In this document: positions 1 through 11,492 of the stretch, piece by piece
Layout of the letters: every line of letters begins with the position of its first letter
How positions within the stretch are numbered: position 1 is the first letter of the stretch
Assembly (NCBI GenBank): GCA_013239625.1
Contig: MU053482.1
Location: 2,083,168 to 2,147,167, forward strand
From: Lama guanicoe
Taxonomy: Eukaryota
Direction: 5' to 3'
DNA length: 64,000 nt
Notes under the pieces: model-generated
What the model was told of the DNA's origin: nothing
The model's database searches: none
The model's input: only the letters and a program-made list of their open reading frames with translations
Made by a program: the position numbers and the translations under genes

Positions 1-559
1 CAGAATGTTATCAGCGACAGACACCCACCCCTGCCAGGAGTCTCCTCCTGGCTAGCAGCACTGAACCACATATGGAATTGTGCTTACCATCATCCCAAGC
101 TCCTTACTGACTGTGGCAGGTTCTAATTAGTATAAGGATCACACTGATGAACCGCCCACCAGCCTGGTAATCCAGTTTATCAAATTTCTTCTTGGTAAGA
201 CCCAATCCACATTTTGGGGTTGATTTATATGGAGTCTCTTAGCAAACACGGCAAAAATCTGTCTCCATGCTGCACTGAGAGAGACAGAGGGAAAGAGTCA
301 CGGATACTGTCTTCCCAGCAGAAGTCATACACATGCTTGGCATCAGGAGGACTGAGTCAAAGAGAAGAAATGAACTTAAAGAAAACAGGCAGATATAGAG
401 GGTAGGGAGCAGGAGCAGCTGTGCTTCCTCCTGCCTATGCAACTCGTGAAGAGACAAGACCACAGAAAGCTACAGATGTGTCCTCCATCAGTATGTGAAA
501 AGGGGTTTTCATCAGCCAAGTGAAAAGGGGTTTTCAAAGAGGAAGTGGTAGATGATGTG

Positions 560-1460
560 AAATGCTGTAGAGCGTTCAAGACAGCTGAGGACTGAAAGGT
601 ATTTGATTTGGCAACTGAGTGGTTCACTGGTGGCTTTTATGAAAAACTGTAGAGGACTGAAGAATGACTGAGAAGAATCAATGAAAAGTTGTTTTTTTGT
701 TTTTTTTTTTAAAGAAACTTAGCTGACAAGGAAAAAATGTAAAGGCAACAGACTCTAAGAACTTTTGTTTTAATCTTGGGGAGAAATTTGTTTGTTTGTA
801 AGTTATGTGGAGGTAACAAATGGAGAGGGAGGTTGAAGACCCTGGAAAATGAGAGCAGTGGGAAAAACAATGGAGCAAAGTTTTGGTGGACAAAGAGCAG
901 GACGCAAGAATTAGAGCACCAAGTAGGAGCAATGTGGGGGAGCTGAGGAGGGATACAGACACAGGTGGATGGGAGGGGGAGAGGAGCAAGTGGACAGGGA
1001 AGTTCTTGCTTTAGAGCCTCTCTTCTGTGAAGCAGGCAATGAGGTCAGTCATTCGCTGAGAGCAAAGATGAAGGGCATGGATGGAACGTAGAGTAATGAG
1101 AAGTCAAAGACATACCAATCGATACTGAGAGCCCAGCTGAGGCTGTCAACTCTGCACTGGTCATGCTTAGCAGCCCAGAAAGAGGAATCCAAAAAGGCTG
1201 ATGCAGAAAATGAAGAATGGTTGGTAGTTTCAGCTAAAGTTGGAAAGGATGAGAAAGTCCAGGATGCTGACAAAAACATCAGTGTGTCATGCATGGACCA
1301 TGGATTTAGGCTCAAGAGAGGAAGAAGTCCGGGAGAAGATGAAAGACTCAGAGCACAGAGAGCTAAGGTCTTGGACCTGGGCTAAAGGAGCAGGCAATTT
1401 AAAGAGACGGCAGTGGAGGAGTGTGAGAAACAGCAGCACAGGGGATGTTAATCCAGAAAG
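560..1460 (-). mobile_element. Degenerate L2-like sequence in the TRIM66 3' region
   Basis: aatgctgtagag...gaggactgaaagg...gatttggcaac antisense L2 motifs. Confidence 0.45.
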
Positions 1461-4306
1461 AGCAGAGTCTCAGTTTGGGAGTTCAGAAGAAGAGACTATA
1501 GGTGACAGCAATGGAGTGAGAGAGAAAATGGAGCAGAGCCCAGGAATAAACAAGAAGGGGTCGGGTTTTAGCAGCAAGGCAAAGACCATTGCCAGAAATG
1601 GGGACAGGGAGCCAGAGTCTGCCAGGGTTGATGGCAAGGCCTTCAGTGGAGCAGAGCTGACAGAGAATCTGGTGGCTGCCACTAGGGAGGGGGTACCTGC
1701 AGAGGCAGGCAGGGTGGTGTATAGCTGGCAATTGCTGGAAGTTAAGCAGAGCCAACCTACTCATGTTCTAGAAGAGTGCACTGAAATCTCCTTTGCATCA
1801 GCTGAAGCCACTCCATTCTTCCGTTTCTCAGCAGCATACCCAAGAAACCAAATTTCTCTTCTAGGACTACATTCCGTATCACAAGAATCCAGAGCTCCTT
1901 GTGTTTCCACTTTAGGACTTTGTCAATGGCCAAAGGATTTAACTGACTCCAAAATGGGGCCATTATGGGAATAAGTCAAAAGCAGGATTAGCTTAAATGC
2001 TAGCAAAGAGTCACTGAAGTCAGTTACTCAGCTAGTCGCCTTTTGTTTAATTTCTAAAAAGTCATGCTGTTTTGTGCATGCAAAAACAAAACAAAACCAT
2101 GACTTAAAACATTGGTGCTAAGTACCCAGGAAAAGCCAGGGAGAATGTGTGCTGTGGAATCGCCAATGAAGGAATGGTGTAGTGGGCCAGGGCCTTGCAC
2201 CCTTGGAGGATAGGACACACTACCTCCCCTGCCTCCCTGCTCAGGTGCCTAAAGGGAGCTTCTCAGCATGCAGGGTCTCTGCAATGGGAAGGGAATGTGT
2301 GATTCTCTACCACTTTACTGAGGTTCCCTGGCCCAGCAGACTGATCCTTGGGCCCAGAAGGCTACACCCAAGCTGGGAACTTCACTGATAGAAGGGAGGC
2401 CAAGCATTTAACCAGGTATTTCTGCTTTATATTTGTGGTTTCCAACTGATCTTGGGGAAAGATGTCAATCAGGTTTGAGCCTGTCACAGCCCTCACCTGG
2501 CTGCCCAACATAAAGCACCATAAAGCTCATTCAGGGAAGATGGGAAGAGGGGGCCAAACAAAGGAAAGATGACCAAGAGGAGGAATTAATGAGGTAATTA
2601 CAGAGGGAAGCTTGCCAAGCCAACTAAACAGAGAAAAAGATTCAAAAACTGAAAGGGAAGTGACTAGCGCCCAAACCAGAAAGTCATATGAGCCCCAAAG
2701 AGCAGAGGGTTATATCCAAAGATTGCCTGGTATTCAAGACTTAGTTACCATAAACTAGAAAACAGAAATTATGGAAGCCCAGCTGCTTAGGAGAGCTTGG
2801 CATGTGCTGGTGAAAGAATGGCAAGTCAGTGGGCACAGTCTGCTTTGAAGTGAAGATGGTCTCTCAGCCTTGGTGCAGAAGAAACGAGCAGTACCATCAG
2901 CTCACAAGGAGAAAAACATTTTCTCTGACCAAAACTTCCCTATTAACAAAGGCCCTACAAAGATCTTCCTTAAACTGCATCTCTTAGCAAAAATAAAGCC
3001 ATGACCTAAGATTCCCTTGACATCAGCTAAGCCATGACAGGACCAAGGAGAGCTGTTGCCAGGCCAGGCCAACATCAGCAACAGGTTCCTTCTCAACTAA
3101 GCCCTTGCTGGTGAGGTGGCCTGACCCTCAGCAGCTGCCTATGCCTCTTCTTCCCAAACACCCTGCACAGACCATGAAGATGCATCCAAGATGCAGCCTG
3201 GAGCACGCTCCTGTTCCCGGGGCCTCCAGAACACTTCTCCCTTCACCCTAGGAGAAAGAAAGTCCTGAAATTGCTCCAGGGTCACCAAAGGACACCAAAG
3301 AGGATTCTCACCTCTCAGTTTTCCCCTTTTCCACCCAAGATAGAACTTCCATGAATGCTTAGGTCTGGCTCCCGCCAGTCCCTCTGGCCTTCTCTAACCT
3401 ACAACCAAAAAAGGGCTGCCGGCAGAGTCCTGGCATTTTCTGGGCTGCGGACAGCCTGGGGGCAGGCGAGTCAGAGGACTCACTTCCAATCTTTGGCTCT
3501 GTGATGTGGAGGAGTTGAGAACTAGGATCCCTAGGCAAGAGGAGAGGCCCAGCAGAGTGAGCAGGTTGTGGGTCATTCTCCTTGGCCTGGAAACTGCATG
3601 TGAAGCAGACAGCAGCTGTCTCACAGTTTTCCTAAGCAGAACTCAGGATCTGGGCCTCTGAATGGATATAATGAAGGAGTGACCACCAACAATCACTTCT
3701 AAGAAACAGGTTCTGACACCGAAGAAGAGCTATTAGCCCAAAGTAAGTGGCACAGAGTGCAGGCTCTGAAGTTAACACCTTCTCAAGCCTGCAAGTGAGA
3801 TCTGAGCCTGAAGATGTAAGGGGTCCCTGCACAGCCACCCAGCCCCATCACGAATGCCACACTATCCAGAGCTTCCCAGCAGCCGCTTAAGTCAGCATCA
3901 GGAAAGGGGGCATGAAAAACAAATACCCTGAAAACCGTTAGAACCCGAATAGGCACCAATTGAGACCTGTGGCCTTTGGAAGCCTCATTACCCTGCCCAG
4001 GGCAGGCGCTGCTGTCTGAGCAGGTCAAACAAAGGCAAACAGTGACAGTCTTTGGCTGTGCTGGGCCAGGGATCACAGGCCTGCAGTATGTCAGAACCTC
4101 TCTCCCTTCTTTTACCCTCTTCTGGGCCCAGGAGGAGTTCATATATACATTGCTCCTGAGCCCTCCACACTGAAAGGTGAGAAAAGTCTGCTTTCCTCAG
4201 CAGAAAGAATTCATGAAGGAAGTTGGTCCTCCTGAGCCTGACTGGGCTTGGTCTGTGTCAACACAGCTGATTGTTCTGATAATAGGGAACACCCCCCTCT
4301 TTGCTG

Positions 4307-4312
4307 TTTATT
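4307..4312 (-). terminator. Candidate proximal poly(A) signal AATAAA of TRIM66; the 3'UTR may extend much further
   Basis: tttatt on plus, ~200 nt after the stop. Confidence 0.3.
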
Positions 4313-4509
4313 AGTGAAATCTTCTCTGTAGTGGATGCACTATGGCTCCCAAATAAATGCTGTAAGATGCACATGGCAAAGAAGGGTACTACAGGCTCAA
4401 CAGGACTTGTCTCACATCCACAATCTGAAGAGAATGAGCTGAAAGGTGGGGAGGAGTGGTCAACAGGATGGGGCACCAGCTGCCAGAGCGCTCAGCCTCC
4501 TTCCAGCTC

Positions 4510-4569
4510 TCACACCTGGGAGATGCTGTTGGCCAGGCGGAACGACACTCTTTTTGCTCTTTCATTCTC
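4510..4569 (-). CDS. TRIM66: TRIM66 last coding exon ENERAKRVSFRLANSISQV*
   Basis: tttcag acceptor, phase 0, TGA at 4512-4510. Confidence 0.93.
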   Translation of the reverse strand, partial: ENERAKRVSFRLANSISQV

Positions 4570-5312
4570 CTGAAAGCAGAAAAATATATTAGGAATCAGA
4601 ATGACCAAAGGTAGGGTTTATTAATGTGAAAAGGCCAACTGTCCAGTCTGGGATTCCCCAGAGCCAAAGTGTTTTATTCCACCCCAGGAATCCAAGAGCA
4701 AAACTCACTGACGTCACTAAGCACTGTGTGCCAAGTGTTGTAAACAACCAGGGATGGCCAGTCAGAACCTGGCACACGGTGGGCAGGCAACACATTTCAG
4801 TGGACTTAAACAACACTGAATTGATGTTTCAGGTCTGCACAGCTGGCACCAGACAGCACAGGTCAGGGGAGATCTCCATCCTATAAGCAACCTCTCCTTT
4901 CTTCTCTATACTAAGGGGCTGAAAAGACCCTTCCTTTCTCCCAAACCCAAGTTGAGATCAGGCACTGAGACCAGGTACTCATTTTCTTATGGACAGCACA
5001 GTATAGAATAACCAGCACTGAGCTAGGATTCAGGAGGCCTGGTTTCTCACTCTGGTTCTGCTGCTAATTTTCTGGGTGACCCTGGGCAGATACATCTACC
5101 ACTCTGAGTTTCAAGCCTCAGAAAGGTAACTGGACTTGATGAGGCCCTCACTGCCCCGCCTTCCTCTCAGACTAAAGGGTTGGAAGTTAGGGGTCACTGT
5201 CACCGCTCTCTGGTGCCACCTAAGCAGCTTCACTTTAGGATGCTCTGTACATGTGGTATGGGTGCCGCCGCCTGCCCACCCACCCGCCTGCCAGCTAGCA
5301 GCAACTCCTTAC

Positions 5313-5531
5313 CAGATGTCGCCGCCGCCTCTTGGGTTGGATGCCCTCCTGCACATAGTGGGGCCATGGGAAGCCCTGGGGAGTGGAATACCCACTCTCA
5401 CTAGACACCTCCTCGGAGTCTGAGTCCTCCTGCCTTGGCTGAGCAAACCGTTTCTCCGGGTAGATCTCCTTCAACCAGCCCTCAAAGAACACTTCCAGGC
5501 AGCGGCCTGCCTCTGCAACCTCTGAGTCAGG
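5313..5531 (-). CDS. TRIM66: TRIM66 exon, bromodomain end and basic patch (PDSEVAEAGRCLEVFFEGW...PKRRRRHL)
   Basis: cttcag acceptor, GTAAGG donor, 219 nt phase 0/0. Confidence 0.95.
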
Positions 5532-5925
5532 CTGAAGCGGAAGGAGAGCAGTGACAGGCTGGCCCGTTTCCCCCAGCCCACCTCTTCCAGGGCCCCCATG
5601 AGCTATATGGAGAGCACAAAGCCTGGCTAGGAACTTTACATTTTCTCCTTGGGACTCAGGATAACCAGTTGAGTATCAGCTCTTAAAGCAGAAGTGACCC
5701 TGGCAGTTTCCCACAGATAGCCAGTCCCCAGCATTCTCTATCTTCCTCCCGAGTCCATGCTGAGGCCCAAATGTGGGAGACAGCTTATAGACATTCACTA
5801 CAGTAGGCCCCAGGAGGTCTGCTCCCGGGTCCTCATGGAAGCCCAGGCCCAAACCTGACACCCTTGTCCAGCATGACAGTCCTAGGTACTGGAAGTAGGA
5901 GAGAGGGAAAGCAGTAGACACGTAC

Positions 5926-6078
5926 ATAATTGAACTTAGCACAGTTCCAGAACATGAGGCGGACGTCTGACACCACCTCCTCCGGGGTGGTGTAGTGAGC
6001 TGGGTCCTTCTTTTGCAGCTTCCTCCGGATGATGGACAGGTCCATGGGCCTCTTGATAATCTGGTAATAATGCCGGGC
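5926..6078 (-). CDS. TRIM66: TRIM66 exon, bromodomain core (ARHYYQIIKRPMDLSII...NCAKFNY)
   Basis: Bromodomain YYxIIKxPMDL motif; 153 nt, GTACGT donor. Confidence 0.96.
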
Positions 6079-6454
6079 CTTGAGGGAGGAAAGAAGGGGA
6101 AGCAAACAGGAAGAGAAAAGTGGAGGATAAGAAGGAAGGAGAGACAGAGGACAAGGTGGAAAAGAAGTGAAGAACACAAGAAAGAAAAAGACAGCAAGAA
6201 GAGAAGCATGGAGGAAAAAGACAAAGAGGAAGAGAAAAGAGAATGGTTCACGTGTCCAGTCAGGTCTGACACAGCAGCAGTGGCGGGGGCTGTGGTGGCC
6301 ATGGTTCCTGGGGTCCCCTAGAACACGCACAAACTACTCATGCTTCCAGTGGCCATGCTTTGAGCCCACCCTGGGCACCACCATGATCTGCCCCAGGCCT
6401 GGGGCCTTTCGAGCAGAAAACAGAAGCCAGCAGAAACAGAGAAGCCTTCATTAC

Positions 6455-6529
6455 CAGTGGGCTGACAGGTTCGTGGAAGGGCAGGCTGAGGCTGTTGCAG
6501 CACAAGGAGAGTACCAGCTTCTCACACTT
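6455..6529 (-). CDS. TRIM66: TRIM66 exon, bromodomain start (KCEKLVLSLCCNSLSLPFHEPVSPL)
   Basis: ctgcag acceptor, GTAATG donor, 75 nt. Confidence 0.94.
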
Positions 6530-6813
6530 CTGCAGAAATCAGAATGCGCAACAGTGTTACTTTGTTCCAGCCCCACCTCAATAAGAACTACAGATAGTAA
6601 CCCTGATGGCTCTGTCCCACCGGGTATGAGCCACCATACTAACCACAGTTCAGCCTATCAGGTCAGAGGAAAACAGCTAGCAAAAGAAAAATCATAGTGA
6701 ACCCCCATGGGCCAAACTGTCGGGTCTCTCATCCCTTCAGAAAAGCCTCAGCCCCCATGGGCACAGGGAGACTGCCCCAGTGCGGGATCTTTTTCCCAGA
6801 GACCCCTCCCTAC

Positions 6814-6940
6814 CTTCTGATCATATATGCTCAGGCCAGGAGGGGCCCGCACCCCAGGCTGGTTATAACGGGCATTTTCGCAGTCGTACTCCATCTCAGG
6901 CTGGGTCAGGCTGCGGCACAAGGTACACACCCAATCTCCC
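6814..6940 (-). CDS. TRIM66: TRIM66 exon, PHD second half (GDWVCTLCRS...IYDQK)
   Basis: WxCxxC PHD end; 127 nt phase 2/0. Confidence 0.95.
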
Positions 6941-7322
6941 CTGCAGAGGGAAGTGAGGCCAAGTTAAGACTCAGCACATTGCCCAGAGCCCCCTCCCTTG
7001 TCCCTCTGCCCCAAGACAGGCTTGAGGGGCAGTGGCATGAGAAATTGAGTCCCTAGACCTGCACTGAAGAGACTGAAAGAAATTTAGAACTCAGGATTTA
7101 GTGAGTCCAGAAAAATAGGAGTTAGCAAGGACCTGGGAGGGGAGGACAGGGACAAATCTGCACAGGAGGAAGCTGGGAACAGAGGAGGAAGGGAAGTATC
7201 CACCTGTCTGTGCACACAGCTATAGCGCCACTAACTCACAGACCTGTAATTCCTGAAGGCTCAGAGCGGGGAGAAAGATCACCCTGTTATCCAGGTCATG
7301 GCTTGAGGTTGTCATGACTCAC

Positions 7323-7612
7323 CCTGGGAAGCTAAGCAAGGCTGGCAGGTGGCAGGAAAGGTGGTACACTTTGGGGCAGCGATCACAGCATAGCAACTCT
7401 CCCCCATTGAGACACACAGCACAGAAATCCTCATTCTCTATTGGTACCGGGGGCCCCTTCTTAGCTCCAGGGGTTCGAGGAATGAGCCTGTGTTCTTCAG
7501 AAGGTGAATTCTCTGCATCTGGGGGCCGCTGCTCAGCCAGAGATGTGACAGTGACCTTTCTTCCCCCCAGATTTGGGGCCTGGATGGCATCAGGCACGTT
7601 GTTCTGGCTGAC
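7323..7612 (-). CDS. TRIM66: TRIM66 exon, PHD first half (...[37 protein letters not shown])
   Basis: TIF1-type PHD; 290 nt, GTGAGT donor. Confidence 0.96.
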
Positions 7613-7921
7613 CTGAGGGAAGAAGAGTGTCCGAGCAGTCAGAGCGCAGCACCAAGTTGTTGAGGGAGGGAGAGGAGGGATGACAAGCCATGTGCGCTGG
7701 CTTATTCCGGGACCACTAGCCAGCCAGGCCCCAGGAACACTGGGACACTCCTAGTGTGCATCTTACAGGCCCCATGCAGCAGGGGATAATGTCTAGCCAA
7801 GCTGCAGCCCCACTCAGAGACTCAGAACAAGGCCAGAGCCAAAATTCTGCCAGAAGCAGAGAGGAAAGAGAGGCTCCCAGGCTGGGCCAGGGTTCAAGGA
7901 GAAGGCAGAGAAAAGCAATAC

Positions 7922-8096
7922 CTTAATGGACATGCTGGAGGATTCAGTACCACATTCAATGATCAGCAGGAAGCTCCCATCCTGATCATTCTTCTGTGGC
8001 TTCAGCTTGAACACAGGCATCTCTCCTGAGGAGGCAGCACAGATCTTGAGCCGTTCCAGTCGCACATAGGGAATCTTGGGCTCACTATTGAAGGGT
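7922..8096 (-). CDS. TRIM66: TRIM66 exon with HP1-binding PxVxL motif (PYVRL, 8057-8071)
   Basis: ccgtag acceptor, 175 nt phase 2/0; PFNSEPKIPYVRLERLKIC...SMSIK. Confidence 0.93.
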
Positions 8097-8549
8097 CTAC
8101 GGCAAGAACGACATCCCTGGGCGTCAGTGGGAGCCTCCTCTGGCCCCAAGCTCTCAGTCAGGCTTGTCCATGATCCCACAACTGAACTGTTGCTCAAGAT
8201 CTCCTCCATCCAACCCTCTACAGGCCCCTATTCCATCCCGCTGCCCAGCTCTGTCTGGCCAGGCCCTATGAGGCCCTGGGAGCCCTTTGATCAAAGAAGT
8301 AGGATCCCTGAAGAAGGAAGACTGCACACAGAGTGCATGCCTCTTGGCTCAGGAGCCAGGACATCTTCCCACAATCATTCCAGACACCCAACCACACAGA
8401 CCCCATCCCAGGGTCTGAGGGGTAAAGAACACAGCTGCAGGAAATCTTCTGCTTCTGGTTAAGTCATCAAGAATGCTCACTTCCTGTGCCAATCTCCCAG
8501 GACATGAAGTTGGGGGTGGGAGAGGGAGGCTGGGCCAGGAGTCTGTTAC

Positions 8550-8610
8550 CTGATGCTCTGGTTCCCTTTTGTATCCAGCCCTAGGGCTCCTTGTTCAAAA
8601 GTCTCATACT
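8550..8610 (-). CDS. TRIM66: TRIM66 small exon (EYETFEQGALGLDTKGNQSIR)
   Basis: ccttag acceptor, GTAACA donor; 61 nt phase 1/2 exactly bridges its neighbours. Confidence 0.9.
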
Positions 8611-9201
8611 CTAAGGCAAAAAATAAATAAATGCATAAATACATTTATGATAACACCCCTTGTCACCCTCCCACTCATCTGTGACTCACACTTTGGCCAT
8701 ACACCTATGCCACCATTGTTACCCACGCTGTGAACATTCATAGTAGTGACAATCCTATCATAGCGTCCCTTCCTGAGAGGGAAGAAGTCACCTTCTTTTT
8801 AAAAGATAAACACAGGTAACAGTCAGCTACCTAGGGGGTAAGTGTTGGGTCAGATGCTGAGGGGCCAGCTTCTCATCTCCAAAATGAGCTCAGAAATCAC
8901 TTGTTCCTCATCCACTGGTGTTACCTGCTCTTAGGAGTCATTCTGTCCAGCCCCTGCATTTTCAGCCAAGTGCTGGGATCTCAGCACGGCCGGCGAATCC
9001 AGCTCACCCTCCATGGGCCAGAGGCTCCCAGGAGCCCTCCCCTGAGAAGTGCAGTCTGCATAGATGGGCAGGAGCCAGTGCAGGGAGGAGGACACTAGCG
9101 TTTACTGAGTGCCCACTCAGCACCAGACACTCTCCTGGGCACTTTCCAAGGGCAAGCAGGGTCCAAAAAATTTAGCTGCTTAAAATTCAGAGTTGCATTG
9201 T

Positions 9202-9368
9202 GGGGGTGAGTATAGCCCAGTGGTAGATAATGTGCTTAGCATGCATGAGGTCCTGGATTCAATCCCCAGTACCTCCATTAAGTAAGTAAATAAGTAAATA
9301 AATAAACCTAGTTACCTCCCCCACAAAAAAATTTTTTTAAATAAAAGAATTTTTTTAAACCCACAAAA
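9202..9368 (+). mobile_element. Vic-1-like tRNA-Ala-derived SINE
   Basis: A and B boxes, aataaaccta(g)ttacctcc body, A-rich tail; TSD aaaattcag(a/g)gtt(g/a)cat at 9182-9198 and 9369-9385. Confidence 0.85.
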
Positions 9369-10239
9369 AAAATTCAGGGTTACATCACTGTGCAGTTAAG
9401 AAGAACAAGTGTGAGGAGAAAAGGAGAAAAACTGTTTTGTTTTCATTTATTAAATATGTAGGAAATAGGCAGATCATTATAAACCAAACGCGAATCCCAC
9501 ACTGAACTGTGAGAGCTCCCGGTGCTCAGCAGGCAGTTGCTATGTAACTTCCCAACTAGCCCTCCCCTTCCCCAGAAGGAAGGAACCATAGCCTAGCCCC
9601 ACTTGAGACGGGGTTTGGGTAGCCGCGAAGAGAATCAGAGCCAATCTCCACCGCTCCAAATTTCCTTTACCATGAGGCACAAATCCACATTAAAGCCAGG
9701 CACAAGGCAAATTCTTGCTACCACAGAGGAAGTCAGCAAATGATATCACTGTAGCTATTTGTCCCAGTGGCCTGTGAATTAGCTATGATTAGCCCCGTTT
9801 ACAGAGAAAGAAACTAACTCAGAAAGGTTAGGTGTCCTGCCCAGGTTCAAACAAAGAGACAGAGCTGGTTTGCTAACTTAGATCTATCTGATTCCAAAGT
9901 CAGACAGGCTGTCTTCCCTAAAATATTTTGCCAAGGCTGGCCCTTCTGGGGTGAGCTCTTCCTATTTCCCCCATCCAGAACCCAGACCCCCAGAACTTTT
10001 GTATGTTATAAGGAGGCTAAGTCTTGGCCATGCCTGGATCAGCCCTGGCCACAGTGAAGGAAAGAGAACAGGCATCAGTAAGTCAGCCTGAAGGGAGAAG
10101 TGAACTTAGTCGAAGAGAGAAACACTGCCCCTCAGGCTCAGAAGCCACTCCACTGACCTTGTTCTCACCTGGCAGTGCCAAGCCCATCCGCTCCAGTGTG
10201 TGGCCAGCACAAAAGGCAGGCTGCTGGCTTAAGTCTCAC

Positions 10240-10432
10240 CTTTTGGGCTCTGGTACTGCTGCAGGGCCACGGAAGTGTTGCCCACGGGGACCAGTGCAGG
10301 TTTTTTCACAGAGAGGTTAATGGGCTCCTCCAGCTCTGAGGGGATAGCTAAGTCCTTAGAAGCATCCAGACCAGGAGCTGTGGGGCCTTGTCCCAGAGAG
10401 TCAGTGAAGCGGGTAGAATCCTCATTTTCCAT
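10240..10432 (-). CDS. TRIM66: TRIM66 exon (MENEDSTRF...PINLSVKK...YQSPK)
   Basis: 193 nt phase 0/1, GTGAGA donor. Confidence 0.93.
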
Positions 10433-10593
10433 CTTTCAAAAGAGAAAGGCCAACAAGAACCAAAGAAATCAGACATTTTTGCTGTCGGCAGTCACAGAGC
10501 TGTTAAGCTAAGGCCCAGATAAGGCCTTCAGGGGCCACCTTTCTGCCCCATAATGAGCAGAGGAATTCGAATGGCATTTCCCCCAAGACCTAC

Positions 10594-11103
10594 CTTGCAC
10601 AGGGCATTCCCCAGGGAGGGGTCAGCCCCATCCCCAGGGCACAGGCTCACTGCAGCTCGGCCAGAGCCAGGACTGCAGCTGGATCCAGTTTCCGGCTGCA
10701 CGTCAGAAGCTGGAGGCAAGCTCTGCAGAGGACAGCCTGGCACAGCCTGGGTGGGACCAGACACCAGGCTGGGCCTGGCCTGAGAGTGATCACTTGCCAG
10801 GCTTGTGATGGCCTGGGAGGGATCACTTATCAGGCTGGGCATGGATTGGGGTGTGCCACGCACAAGGCTGGGCATGGTCGGCAGGTGACTGGCTGTGAGG
10901 CTGGACATTGCCTGATTGTGACTTGTCAGACTGGACACAGTTGGTGGGGGGCCACTCAGCAGGCTTGGTACCACCTGTGGGGTGCCAGCTGTCAGGCTGC
11001 TCATGCTCTGAATCTGTGGCTCTAGGGTTCTTGCCAGCCTGGTAGAAGACAGCTCCATCTCCACAGTGTTGGAAAAGCCCATGATGCTCACAGAAGTGGA
11101 GTG
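10594..11103 (-). CDS. TRIM66: TRIM66 exon, Ser/Pro-rich linker with 11-aa repeats
   Basis: ctgcag acceptor, GTAGGT donor, 510 nt open phase 0/0. Confidence 0.92.
10740..11010 (-). repeat. TRIM66: Coding 33-nt degenerate minisatellite, ~8 units
   Basis: caggct-like anchors at 10765, 10798, 10831, 10864, 10897, 10927, 10960, 10993. Confidence 0.85.
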
Positions 11104-11443
11104 CTGCAGGAGCAGAGACAAGGGCCAGTCAGGCTGTTAGCTGGGAATGGTGGAGGGGAGAGGAGAGATGCAGCCCACGAGTCCCATGCTCAGATTTCAC
11201 TCCGGCCTCAGAGTCTAGTAGCTGTAGGGAACTCAGCACGAGAAGTCCTGTTCCCATTCCCCTATGCCAAGGAGGTTAGTGGGCTGCACCACAGAGAGGC
11301 AGGCATAGGCTGAGGACACTTGTGTGCATTCTTGTGTGCACATGTGTGTGTATGTATGTGCGTGCATGAGACACAGAGACAGAGACAGACTGACAGAGAG
11401 TGAGAGAGTGAGAGAGATAGCCTGAGGGTGATACACGCTCACA

Positions 11444-11444
<1 letters not shown>

Positions 11445-11488
<44 letters not shown>
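11445..11488 (+). repeat. (AC)22 microsatellite preceded by TG/GA-rich simple repeats
   Basis: Direct reading. Confidence 0.95.

Positions 11489-11492
<4 letters not shown>

Noticed and set aside
1240..1974. 244-aa plus-strand ORF
   Set aside because: Non-ATG start, overlaps degenerate L2-like sequence, antisense to the TRIM66 3' region, no recognisable domain
4709..4716. Isolated TGACGTCA (also 55548-55555)
   Set aside because: Single motifs with no supporting cluster
5676..6697. Overlapping 108-208 aa ORFs
   Set aside because: By-products of the GA-rich intron and alternate frames of real TRIM66 exons
8097..8310. 5' extension of the PYVRL exon (MEEILSNSS...)
   Set aside because: In-frame TAG at 8230-8228; the 8096 acceptor already gives the correct phase
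9202..9275. tRNA-Ala-like cloverleaf (also 34053-34128)
   Set aside because: SINE heads with body, tail and TSD, not tRNA genes
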